The notes under the pieces were generated by a model. That model searched no databases and was not told where the DNA came from. It worked only from the letters and a program-made list of their open reading frames with translations. Both the position numbers and the translations under genes were made by a program. Shown in pieces: positions 19,201 to 28,262 of a DNA stretch of 64,000 nt (its first letter is position 1; every line of letters begins with the position of its first letter). Where the stretch lies: contig JBEKVN010000001.1 of NCBI GenBank assembly GCA_049513915.1, positions 158,283 through 222,282 on the forward strand, in the 5' to 3' direction. Source of the stretch: Candidatus Aminicenantales bacterium (GTDB lineage: Bacteria > Acidobacteriota > Aminicenantia > Aminicenantales > Saccharicenantaceae).

Positions 19201-21288
19201 CTAAAGCTGTTCAGGCCGGACAGCAATTCTATGGCTTCCGGAACGCACCCTCTCAATCCGGATGATATCCTCGATGTGTTCGATGATATCATGCAAGGCG
19301 GCTCGGGGCCTGCTGTCAGGCTGCCGGACTTTGTCCCGGCGGACAAATTGGATTTTGGACGTGACTTCTTCGACGCTATGGATCATTGTCAGCCGGCCCT
19401 GCTTCTCGAGGCTGAGATCCACGGCCCCGGTTTTTCCGCGAAATATGCTGTAGACCGGTATCCCCAAGGCTGCGGCCTCGCGGTTCATGGTTCCGCCGCC
19501 GCTGACTACGAAATCGGAAAACCAGAGAAGGTCGAGGCCATTCACGGCCCAGGGGGGAACGAGGGTCTTTGCATCCACGAACCAACCAGGATGGTTCTCC
19601 CGGAAGCCCTCCTCCTGAGCATGGTTACGCGGCAACAGGATCGCCTGGATATTTGGAGTTTGGCAGATCCTCGACATCAGCTCGACAAGCAGCACATCGC
19701 TCTCCGGATTATAGTAGTGGGCTTCGTTCGCCGGAGGCCTCACGGTGACGATCATGTCCTCTTCGCGCACGCCCAACGTTGCCAATAGTGCGGCCGAAGG
19801 CTTGAATTCAGGGACGTAGACATCCTCCTTTATCCCCCGGTAATATCGGACTCGGCTGATCCTTGAGGGCAAGCCCTCCGGGGCCAGGGAATCCGGTACG
19901 ATCGCCCAGCGGGGGTGGGTCAGCGGGGCGGTCTTCGCGTATTCGTAGTCGGCGATGAGGATGGTCGGAATTCGAAGCAGATTGCAGGCCAGAGTTTGAG
20001 AGCGGGCCCCATGCGATAACGCCAGGCCCGGTTTCTGCCGGATGGCAAATGGGAGTAACTGTCCTGCTCGCCATAGCAGGCCAATGACCTTCATGACGGG
20101 GTTCTTGCCATAATGGCGGCCGACCTTGAGGTAATTAAGCCCGTTCTTGTCTGCAAGCTCGCAAACCTGGAACGCATCGCGGGCGGTCAGAACGACCTTG
20201 TGCCCTCGCCGTGTCAGTTCGCGGATAATCGGGATGAAGAAAGGAACGTGCGGCGTATTGTCGAGGTCAATCCAGATCTTTGTAGATGGCGTCGAAGTCT
20301 TTTGAATTTGCTGGAGCAAGTGCTCCTGCGGTAAAAGCTTGGCCCCTTCCGGAAGTGGGTAGCTGGGGTCATGCCAGGACATTGTTCTTCGCCAGAATCG
20401 AGCCATGTCTCGGGAAAGAACGTGCCAGTAATGATCCGCATATTTTGTTCGAACATAATCGAGGAACTCAAGGTAAAAATCAACCGGATATTCCTCGTAG
20501 GCCAAGGGACCTTCGCCAAAATTCATATAGTCGGGATGTGTATTCAACGCGGCCATCCCGCCTTTCTCGGCAATCCAGTCAACCTTCTGCTTCCAGATCT
20601 TTATGTCCTTTTCCTGCAGGATCACAAAGAGCCCGTGGTCTTGAGGCAACGTGTAGGGAATCTCAACATAGGTCCTCGTGTTCAGGGCGTTATTCGCCAT
20701 GAAGGGGAATATGGTCCCCACACCGTCGGATTGGGGCTCGAAAGGATCCGTATCGAAAGTGGAACAGGCATGCTTGATGGAGAGTTCGCCTATCCAACTG
20801 AGGTTGCGAAGCATGGACGGGGAGGTAAAGCCCTCCGCACCCCATTTCTTGAGGTAGCTATTTATTCGAGGCACCTTCTCGCAAAATTCAATCGGATTCC
20901 TGAAGAGCTTTCCGTCGTGCTTGAGCCCATGCACCCCGATTTCAAACCCCGACTCGTCCAGGCTATGCCGTAGGGAGGGGGGCAGGGGATAGTCCTCGGG
21001 CACGAAGTTGAACGATGAGCGGAAACCCAACTCCTTTTCCAATTTCATAAGCTTGGTACACTGCTTGAGGCCCTTTACGGAGTCCACATCGTGCTGAAGG
21101 ACCAACGCGAATTTCCTTTTTTCTGGCCAACCTTTCCAACCCTGGGGCGCCTGGGACGACTTGGGGTCAATCGGCCATACATTCGCGTATATTCTCCGTT
21201 TATGACGCGCGATCGTCCTTCTTATCCAAATCTGCAGCCTGCGCGGGAAGACGGGTTTTACCTGATAATAGATATCGATCAGCTTCAT
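19201..21288 (-). CDS. Two-domain protein: N-terminal polysaccharide deacetylase-like domain fused to a C-terminal DUF354 (GT-B-like) domain
   Basis: N-terminal half has FALVLQHDVDSVKGL and IGVHGLKHD (CE4-like). C-terminal half (TKIWIDLDNTPHVPFFIPIIRELTRRGHKV) matches DUF354 proteins, which have a Rossmann glycosyltransferase/epimerase-like fold. Confidence 0.5.
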   Translation of the reverse strand: MKLIDIYYQVKPVFPRRLQIWIRRTIARHKRRIYANVWPIDPKSSQAPQGWKGWPEKRKFALVLQHDVDSVKGLKQCTKLMKLEKELGFRSSFNFVPEDYPLPPSLRHSLDESGFEIGVHGLKHDGKLFRNPIEFCEKVPRINSYLKKWGAEGFTSPSMLRNLSWIGELSIKHACSTFDTDPFEPQSDGVGTIFPFMANNALNTRTYVEIPYTLPQDHGLFVILQEKDIKIWKQKVDWIAEKGGMAALNTHPDYMNFGEGPLAYEEYPVDFYLEFLDYVRTKYADHYWHVLSRDMARFWRRTMSWHDPSYPLPEGAKLLPQEHLLQQIQKTSTPSTKIWIDLDNTPHVPFFIPIIRELTRRGHKVVLTARDAFQVCELADKNGLNYLKVGRHYGKNPVMKVIGLLWRAGQLLPFAIRQKPGLALSHGARSQTLACNLLRIPTILIADYEYAKTAPLTHPRWAIVPDSLAPEGLPSRISRVRYYRGIKEDVYVPEFKPSAALLATLGVREEDMIVTVRPPANEAHYYNPESDVLLVELMSRICQTPNIQAILLPRNHAQEEGFRENHPGWFVDAKTLVPPWAVNGLDLLWFSDFVVSGGGTMNREAAALGIPVYSIFRGKTGAVDLSLEKQGRLTMIHSVEEVTSKIQFVRRDKVRQPDSRPRAALHDIIEHIEDIIRIERVRSGSHRIAVRPEQL

Positions 21289-21380
21289 GATCTTAAGCTC
21301 TTGCCCGCTTGGAAAATATAGCCAAAATTAGCCCTCAACGTCCCGGGTAATATACCATTTTTTGTGTTTTTTTTGAATGC

Positions 21381-21410
21381 TTGACAGGCGGCGGCTATTG
21401 TGGTTATAAG
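21381..21410 (+). promoter_or_regulatory. Candidate sigma70 promoter (TTGACA-N17-TTATAA) for the radical SAM operon, in a divergent intergenic region
   Basis: TTGACA at 21381-21386 and TTATAA at 21404-21409, preceded by a T-rich UP-like tract, about 85 nt upstream of the rSAM start. Confidence 0.4.
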
Positions 21411-21492
21411 TATTCCAAACACGGGGACCTAGGCCATGGGCCAGGCTCCGGACAGAATTGCGGGGCTAAATGCGCATTCAAGGGCCGCTCAG

Positions 21493-22935
21493 ATGAGAGT
21501 TGTTCTCATCAATCCTCCGACATCGTTCGAGCAGATCTACGGCGATTGGGATCTATCGGCGCTCGACACCTACACGCCACCCTTGGGGATCCTCCATATC
21601 GCCAGCTATATCAGAAAATTCGGGCACTCCGTGAAAATATTCGATCTCCAGCTTCCTGACCTGAAAATCTCGGATGCTATCCGACAAATCCGGTCCTGGC
21701 CCGCGGATATCGTCGGATTTACCGCCATGACCTCGAATTGCCGGAGCGCGCAGGAAATTGCCAAGGAAATCAAAAAGAGCCTTCCCGCCGTTCCCATCAT
21801 TCTGGGCGGGGCTCATATTTCGGCCGTTCCCACGGAAACCATGAAAAGATTCGTTGCCATCGATTTCGGCGTCATCGGAGAAGGCGAGGTCTCTTTTCTA
21901 GAGCTGCTTGGAAAAATCGCCGACGGGCAATCCGTTGCAGAGGTCAAGGGAATCGTCTGGCGGGCGGAAGACGGGAGGGCCGTCCTGAACGAGCCCCGGG
22001 CTCCCATCCAAAATCTGGACGACCTCCCGATGCCCGCCTGGGATCTCCTGGATCGTTTTCCCGAGGGCTATCCAAGCTCTCTCCTGGAGGCGAAGAGACT
22101 GCCGGGAACGGCAATCATGACGTCCCGAGGATGTCCATTTCACTGCACCTTCTGCGATCATCGGGTCTTCGGTTCGCGGGTCCGGCACTTTAGCGCGGAA
22201 TATTCCTTGAACATGATGAGACACTTGAAAAGCCGATATGACATAAGGGACCTGATGATCATCGACGACAATTTCCTGCTCGATAAAAGGAAGCTCTTCG
22301 AGATATGCGACGGGATGATGGCTGAAGATATGGATTTCACTTGGTATTGCATGGGCCACGAAAAATCCATGACAGACGACAGGCTGGCGAAGATCCGGGA
22401 AGCGGGATGTTGGTTCATTGAGATGGGTATAGAAAGCGGTAATGACGGTATTCTTGCGAAGATAAAGAAAGGGACAACAAAAGCCGACGTCGAAAGTGCG
22501 GTGAAACGGGCGAAGAAGGCGGGGTTGAAAATCAAAGGCAATTTCATTTTCGGATTTCCCGGCGAAACTCTCGAAACGTTGGAAGAAACAATCGAGTTCG
22601 CCTTGGGTCTCAAGATTGATTTCTTCCAACAAAACTTTTTGACCGTTTGGCCGGGGTGTGAGATAGCCGAGGAATTATCCAAAACGCCGCAGGCCGTTCA
22701 CAGGCTTGAAGATGATTGGGATAGGCTCGCCCATCAGAGGGCTACGTTCGTCCCCGCTGGAATGACTGGAGAACAGCTGGTCAAAGCTTCAAAAAGAGCA
22801 TTCCGGAGATTCTATCTGCGCCCTAGGATCATCAGCGGACTCATCCCGAGATTGGCATCGTGGCGGGGGCTAAAATTCGGCTTGCTCAGCTTCAGGGCAT
22901 TCCTGGGCACGATTTTCAGGCATAACACGGCTTGA
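21493..22935 (+). CDS. B12-binding-domain radical SAM protein (class B rSAM, probable C-methyltransferase or related)
   Basis: N-terminal Rossmann-like cobalamin-binding region (RVVLINPP...) followed by the radical SAM cluster motif SRGCPFHCTFCD (CxxxCxxC). The track ORF starts 19 codons upstream. Confidence 0.75.
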   Translation: MRVVLINPPTSFEQIYGDWDLSALDTYTPPLGILHIASYIRKFGHSVKIFDLQLPDLKISDAIRQIRSWPADIVGFTAMTSNCRSAQEIAKEIKKSLPAVPIILGGAHISAVPTETMKRFVAIDFGVIGEGEVSFLELLGKIADGQSVAEVKGIVWRAEDGRAVLNEPRAPIQNLDDLPMPAWDLLDRFPEGYPSSLLEAKRLPGTAIMTSRGCPFHCTFCDHRVFGSRVRHFSAEYSLNMMRHLKSRYDIRDLMIIDDNFLLDKRKLFEICDGMMAEDMDFTWYCMGHEKSMTDDRLAKIREAGCWFIEMGIESGNDGILAKIKKGTTKADVESAVKRAKKAGLKIKGNFIFGFPGETLETLEETIEFALGLKIDFFQQNFLTVWPGCEIAEELSKTPQAVHRLEDDWDRLAHQRATFVPAGMTGEQLVKASKRAFRRFYLRPRIISGLIPRLASWRGLKFGLLSFRAFLGTIFRHNTA

Positions 22936-23019
22936 CGTTGACAGGCCAGTTCCAAGGGTGTTACGGTATCCCGGATAGCAGCTGCCCGGAATCATGCTAT
23001 CCGAAAACGGGGCGGGAGA

Positions 23020-25302
23020 ATGAGCGCTAAGTCTGAAAAACAAACGCTTGCACGGCAGTTTACTTGGCTGGATCTGGTGAAGGCGGTTGCGCTCACCGGC
23101 ATCTTCCTCAACCATCTTGTCGAGAGGATATTCGGCTATCCGGAGATCGCCAACCCCCGCGTGGGGTGGCCTGCTTTCAGCGCGCGCTTTGAACAGCTGC
23201 GTCCTCTGACGGACCACGGCATCCTAAACGCTCCCATCAACCTCCTGCGCTGGACAGGATGGTTTGGCGAGCACGGTGTGGAGCTATTCCTGATCGTCAG
23301 CGGATTCGGCCTGACCTGGGGCCTCCTGGCCCGGTATGGAAACAAAGCTCTTCCGTTGCGTGATTTCTATTTCCGGAGGGCCGAGCGCATCTATCCCCTA
23401 TGGTGGGGGGCACACCTGGCCTTTATGGCCCTCTGGCTTCTGACCGGATTGGGATTGTCGATGGCCGATCCGGCCACCTATATGAGCTTTCTAGGCATCC
23501 GCGTTACGCCGTACCTGCTTTACTACTTCACGCCCGCTTGGTGGTATATCGGGCTCCTGCTCCAGCTCTACCTCGTATACCCGTTGCTGTGGGAGGCGCT
23601 TCGCCGCTGGAGCCCCGGAAAGCTTCTGATCGCGAGCTGCGGCATCGGCATCGCCGCCAGGGCTGTCGGATCGTTGATATTCACGAATTACCTGGAAGCA
23701 TGGCTGCGGGGTGCCATTTTTATTACCCGGCTGCCGGAGTTCGTGTTCGGCATCAGTCTTGCTGCTTGGATGTTCCGTGATCCCCAGCATATCGACGCCC
23801 GGATGCGCGCGCCGTCTACGATAATCTTAGCCCTGGCCGCCTGCCTCGTATCCTTCCCTCTGGCGTTAACGTTGCTCGGGATGGCGGTCGTGCCGTTCCT
23901 CCTTGGAGCGGGTATGTTGGTTCTTTTGTACGTCGTTCTGAGGAAAATCAAGAATTCAAAAAGGGGGATCGTCGGCCTGGGATCTTGGGTCGGCCGGCAT
24001 TCCTATTCTCTCTATATCGTCCACCATCCCTGCGTTCAGCTATTCATTCCGAAGGGACCAGCCGTATCGGGCAAAAGGGCCGTCGTTGGCTTCTTCATCG
24101 CCGTCATCGCCATGGCTATCAGTGCGTTGCTTCTGGAATTGGTGGTAAAACGCGTTTTGATGAGGCTGGGAAGATGGAAATTAAAAGTGGGGACGCTCGG
24201 CGCCGCGGCCCGCGTTGCCGTCATCGTGGCCGGGGTTGCGCTTGTTCTCGCCGCCGGCGACCTCGCGGTGCGCCGTTTCGCCCCGCAGGAAGTGCTCGGG
24301 TGGGGCGAACGGGCTTCCCTCGAACCCGATCCCGTGCTCGGGTGGCGGCTGAAGCCCTCGAGGACCACCCGGCTGCGCTGGGAGGGCTACGATTACACGG
24401 TGACATCGAACTCCCTCGGTTTCCCCGGGCCGGAATATCCCGAACTGAAAGAGCCGGGAGTGATCCGCGTCATGACGGTGGGCGATGCCTTTACCAGTGC
24501 CGAGGGAGTTAACACGGATCAGGCGTGGCCACGCTTGCTCGAGGCCGATTTGGCTCAGGGGCTTCCCGGTCAGCGGGTGGAAGTCTTGAATTTCGGCATT
24601 ACGGGTTTCGGCCCCATTCAGTACGCCCTCGTCTTCGAAAAGTATGCCCCAGTCTATAGACCGGATCTGTTGATCATCGGCTTTTTCGTCAACGAATACG
24701 AAGATGTGTCGATGAACGTGGAGAAGTTTCGTGATTCCATCGGCTTCGACCTTCCCTCCCAGGACAGCTGGCGGTCCATCGCTCAATTCGCGCAACTGCG
24801 GTCCTTCATCAAGCTGGAGCTCCGCCAGCCTCTTATGGAGCTGGTCGTTGGAAAACCTCGGGATCACGGCTATTTTCTCGGGAATTTTTCGGCCCTGGAA
24901 AAGGGAAGGACTGACATCAACGTCATTGGCCGGCAGCGCGTCGCCGAGCATCTCGAGCGGATCAAGGCGGTTGCCGACCGGATCGGCGCGAAGGTCCTGA
25001 TCGCCATGATCCCCGCTTCCGTGCAGGTTTGCGGACCCGCGCAGCTCGCTTATTACCCGAAGCCCGTGGACTTGACGGATTCCGAACGATTCGATATGGA
25101 ACAGCCGCAACGGATGACTCGCGGAATCGCCAGTTCGTTGGGCATCGCTTATCATGATCTGCGCGCGGTCCTCAAGTCCGTTGCAGGAGGCTGTGCGTAT
25201 CATCCCAAAAACATGCACTGGACCGTCGACGGTCACAAAGCCGTAGCCGAAGACCTTGCTCGAACATTGATTTCCGATCCGGACATCCTCCTGCGGCGAT
25301 GA
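23020..25302 (+). CDS. OatA-like O-acyltransferase: acyltransferase-3 membrane domain fused to a C-terminal SGNH hydrolase domain
   Basis: N-terminal 10-TM acyl_transf_3 region (LDLVKAVALTGIFLNH) and C-terminal SGNH block IRVMTVGDAFTSAEG. The architecture is that of OatA/peptidoglycan O-acetyltransferase. Confidence 0.7.
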   Translation: MSAKSEKQTLARQFTWLDLVKAVALTGIFLNHLVERIFGYPEIANPRVGWPAFSARFEQLRPLTDHGILNAPINLLRWTGWFGEHGVELFLIVSGFGLTWGLLARYGNKALPLRDFYFRRAERIYPLWWGAHLAFMALWLLTGLGLSMADPATYMSFLGIRVTPYLLYYFTPAWWYIGLLLQLYLVYPLLWEALRRWSPGKLLIASCGIGIAARAVGSLIFTNYLEAWLRGAIFITRLPEFVFGISLAAWMFRDPQHIDARMRAPSTIILALAACLVSFPLALTLLGMAVVPFLLGAGMLVLLYVVLRKIKNSKRGIVGLGSWVGRHSYSLYIVHHPCVQLFIPKGPAVSGKRAVVGFFIAVIAMAISALLLELVVKRVLMRLGRWKLKVGTLGAAARVAVIVAGVALVLAAGDLAVRRFAPQEVLGWGERASLEPDPVLGWRLKPSRTTRLRWEGYDYTVTSNSLGFPGPEYPELKEPGVIRVMTVGDAFTSAEGVNTDQAWPRLLEADLAQGLPGQRVEVLNFGITGFGPIQYALVFEKYAPVYRPDLLIIGFFVNEYEDVSMNVEKFRDSIGFDLPSQDSWRSIAQFAQLRSFIKLELRQPLMELVVGKPRDHGYFLGNFSALEKGRTDINVIGRQRVAEHLERIKAVADRIGAKVLIAMIPASVQVCGPAQLAYYPKPVDLTDSERFDMEQPQRMTRGIASSLGIAYHDLRAVLKSVAGGCAYHPKNMHWTVDGHKAVAEDLARTLISDPDILLRR

Positions 25303-26888
25303 ACGTGAACGATCTCTATCTTTATCGCATGGCTTTCATCCTTTTCGGAGCCGGCCTTGTTTCATTCGGCTTAATTTTTTCGCGCCGCAGGGACGGCTCA
25401 AGAAGCATAGCCTGGTGGGCCTTGAGTGGGTTCCTTTGCTTGAATATCGGTTTCGTCATCTATCTTTGGTTCAATCATATCCAATTCCCTTTGAACTTGG
25501 ACTTGATGGAAGGCACTATTTTGCAGGAATTCCAGCGGGCGGCTTCGTTTCAAGCGATTTATCCGGCTCCGACTCCAGGCTATATTCCTTTGGCCTACAA
25601 TCCGCTCTACTATTTCTTAGCTGTGCCCTTCAGTTGGATATTCGGAGTCAATCTGTTCACGTTGAGGTTCGCGGCCATTTTAGGGATGATGGGCAGCGGG
25701 GTTATCCTGTACCTCGTGGTGCGGAAAAAAACCAATTCCATTTGGTGGGGATTCGCAGCGGTCGGCCTTTTCGCGGGGGCCTATCGGGTCATGGACGCCT
25801 ACCTCGATTCCGCCCACTCGGACTCGTGGCTCCTGTTTTCCGCCCTCTTGGGGTCCTATCTCATCGACCGCAACAAGTCGAGGGCCTCAAGCCTCATCGG
25901 CGTCCTCGTTCTCGTATCGGCTTTCTGGTTCAAGCAGCACGGGGCTTTATTCGCCATCGGGGGCCTGCTCTATCTGACCCGGCGCGACGGCATCAAGGGC
26001 TCGATGGTCTATTGGCTGACGGCCATCGTTGCGGGACCGATCTTGTACATCTTCGCCGGCCCAACACTGTTCGGGCCATTCTTTCATTATTTCACGTGGG
26101 AAGTCCCCCGCAGATGGTCCTCGTTCGGATTGCATACGCTACGGCGATATTTCGGGTTCATCGCGCTTTCATACCCGATCCTGGCCCTTTCGGGCGGCCT
26201 GACGGTATTAGGGAAATTCGTGAAAGATACGAAAAAGCTGAGCATATGGGATGTCCAGTTCGTCTTCGCCCTGTTGAGCGGTTTCATGGGCAGCCTCGAT
26301 GCCGATTCATCGCACAACATCTACATCCCCATGGGAATGTGGTTCATTCTTCTGGGCTCTATCGGATTGTGGGAGTTCAGCCGAAAAAGGGAAACTCTCA
26401 AGAGGTTCGAGGTCCACATTTTCGCCCTCTTCGTAAGTCTCGCCTTCTTCATTTACAACCCAACGACGGTCATCGTTTCGCCGCGTGCCGACGCGGCCTA
26501 TAGCGAATTCGTCGGTGTCCTCAAAGGACTCAATGGGCCCGTTTATGCCCCTTCGCTCGGTCAGCTCCAGAAGGGCTACGCTTTCTATCCGGCAGCTCAT
26601 TGGGCGGCCTTGGAGGATATGATACGCGGGCCGGGTCTCGATACGAGAAACCATCCTAATACGCGCCGCTTCCTCGACCCCGTGATCAACCCCGGGGGGC
26701 CGGCCTATATATTTGCCAATTACCCGCTCGAGAAGTATCAATTCCTCGCGTTCTTGGAAGAGTATTATGTCCTGGCAGAGGATTTCGGGGATCGATTCAA
26801 AGCCCTGAGGGTCCTCCCGAAGCGCTGGGACCATGGCTGGCCCCGATACCTTTACCGACATCGAGGGTCCGAGACATCCGCGGAATGA
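25299..26888 (+). CDS. Polytopic membrane protein, GT-C-fold glycosyltransferase-like (ArnT/PMT-like)
   Basis: About 11 TM helices in the N-terminal two-thirds, a soluble C-terminal domain, and no other recognisable motifs. The call is from topology and context with the polyprenyl-P-sugar synthase gene. Confidence 0.45.
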   Translation: MNVNDLYLYRMAFILFGAGLVSFGLIFSRRRDGSRSIAWWALSGFLCLNIGFVIYLWFNHIQFPLNLDLMEGTILQEFQRAASFQAIYPAPTPGYIPLAYNPLYYFLAVPFSWIFGVNLFTLRFAAILGMMGSGVILYLVVRKKTNSIWWGFAAVGLFAGAYRVMDAYLDSAHSDSWLLFSALLGSYLIDRNKSRASSLIGVLVLVSAFWFKQHGALFAIGGLLYLTRRDGIKGSMVYWLTAIVAGPILYIFAGPTLFGPFFHYFTWEVPRRWSSFGLHTLRRYFGFIALSYPILALSGGLTVLGKFVKDTKKLSIWDVQFVFALLSGFMGSLDADSSHNIYIPMGMWFILLGSIGLWEFSRKRETLKRFEVHIFALFVSLAFFIYNPTTVIVSPRADAAYSEFVGVLKGLNGPVYAPSLGQLQKGYAFYPAAHWAALEDMIRGPGLDTRNHPNTRRFLDPVINPGGPAYIFANYPLEKYQFLAFLEEYYVLAEDFGDRFKALRVLPKRWDHGWPRYLYRHRGSETSAE

Positions 26889-26909
26889 CCGTTTTGGCCC
26901 GCTCTTCCG

Positions 26910-28262
26910 TTATCGGGCCGCTTTGTCGAATTCAGGGGAATGTTTAAACTCGCCGACGAACTCCAGGGCCTTCCCGTTCGCCAAAGCGACGATCTCATTG
27001 ACGTTATTGGTTCCGTTGGGGATTTGGGCCGAGTTGGCTATGAAGACATTCCTCATGGACGTTGCCGACGGCGGAAAAGATTTTTCGTAATAGTCGAGAG
27101 TCGGGATGACCGGGAAATCGACGATCCTGGAAATACATGAAGCGACGAGGTCGTCGGATCCCAGGTCCGGATACATGATCCTCAAGGATGAAAGAAATAT
27201 GTCTTTGACCGCCTCGTCGTCTTTCTGGAACAGGGGATCGCCTTTCGTCAGGTATCGCGGCAGGTAGACGAGGGAATGGCCTCCGAAATTGGCCCTGTCC
27301 ACCAGGGCCGTCATCTCGATGATCCCAGTGAAGGGGATGCTCCCCTCGGCGATATTCGTGATGTAGAAGTCCGATAGGGGTTTTTTGAGGATGAGCGCGG
27401 CGCAGAGTAGATCCTGATGAACGACGCTCTTCAGTCGCGCCGTTTCCTGGACTGACAGCTGGGGACACAGCTCCAGGATTCGCGTGCACGGGACGGTCAG
27501 GACGACTTTATCGAAGTGGCGGGATTCGCCTCTCCCGGTTTCTATCGTCACACGGGGACCCTCGTCCTTCACCTTATGGACACGCGTTCCGGCCAAGGTC
27601 GTAACGCCCCTGTCGTCGAGCGAGCGCTGCAACGCATCGATAATCGTTTGATAACCGCCGTCCACGTACCCGAACATTTCTTTCTTCAGGCCTGTCCGCC
27701 GGGCCGCATATAACCGCGAGATGTGGGCCCATATGAACGACGCGCTGGCGAGGCCGTAGTCGGCGCCCAGCTTGCTCTTGAGCAGGGGCAGCCACATCTT
27801 GTCGAACGTGGCCCGGCCGGAGTGCCTTTTGAGCCAATCGACGGCCGTGATCCTCTCCAATCGTCTCCAATTCTTGATCTTCGAGCCGTAGAATATCGTC
27901 CAGCCGAGACGGAATTTATCGAGGATATTCAGCGGCGGGAAAAGCAGGTATTCGACGAGGTTCGATATGGAATAGAGCTTGCCGTCCGCGCAATAGCCCG
28001 TTTTCGTCACGCCCCAGCTCAGCCGGTCCTTAAGCCCCAGTTCGTCGAGGAGGGACAACAGATGGGAATCGGACAGGAGAATGACATGATAAAACCGGTC
28101 CCATCGATAGTCCCCCATGGCGCACGAGGCGGCCACGCCGCCCGTGTTCTCGGAGGTTTCCATCAAGGTGACGTCCAGCCCCGATTCCGCCAGCCGGAGA
28201 GACAACGCCATCCCAAGCAGGCCCCCTCCGACGACTCCGACGGACAACCGGCTATTGGTCAT
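26910..28262 (-). CDS. FAD/NAD(P)-binding oxidoreductase (amine-oxidase/PPO-like fold)
   Basis: Dinucleotide-binding motif VGVVGGGLLGMALSLRLAESGLDVTLME at the chosen start (ATG 28260-28262). The 81-aa Ser/Pro/Thr-rich extension in the track ORF overlaps the upstream gene and is rejected. Confidence 0.65.
   Translation of the reverse strand: MTNSRLSVGVVGGGLLGMALSLRLAESGLDVTLMETSENTGGVAASCAMGDYRWDRFYHVILLSDSHLLSLLDELGLKDRLSWGVTKTGYCADGKLYSISNLVEYLLFPPLNILDKFRLGWTIFYGSKIKNWRRLERITAVDWLKRHSGRATFDKMWLPLLKSKLGADYGLASASFIWAHISRLYAARRTGLKKEMFGYVDGGYQTIIDALQRSLDDRGVTTLAGTRVHKVKDEGPRVTIETGRGESRHFDKVVLTVPCTRILELCPQLSVQETARLKSVVHQDLLCAALILKKPLSDFYITNIAEGSIPFTGIIEMTALVDRANFGGHSLVYLPRYLTKGDPLFQKDDEAVKDIFLSSLRIMYPDLGSDDLVASCISRIVDFPVIPTLDYYEKSFPPSATSMRNVFIANSAQIPNGTNNVNEIVALANGKALEFVGEFKHSPEFDKAAR

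Noticed and set aside
24181-25236. 351-aa minus-strand ORF antisense to the OatA-like gene
   Set aside because: No motifs and a GC-frame artefact composition. The sense gene has both acyltransferase-3 and SGNH signatures.
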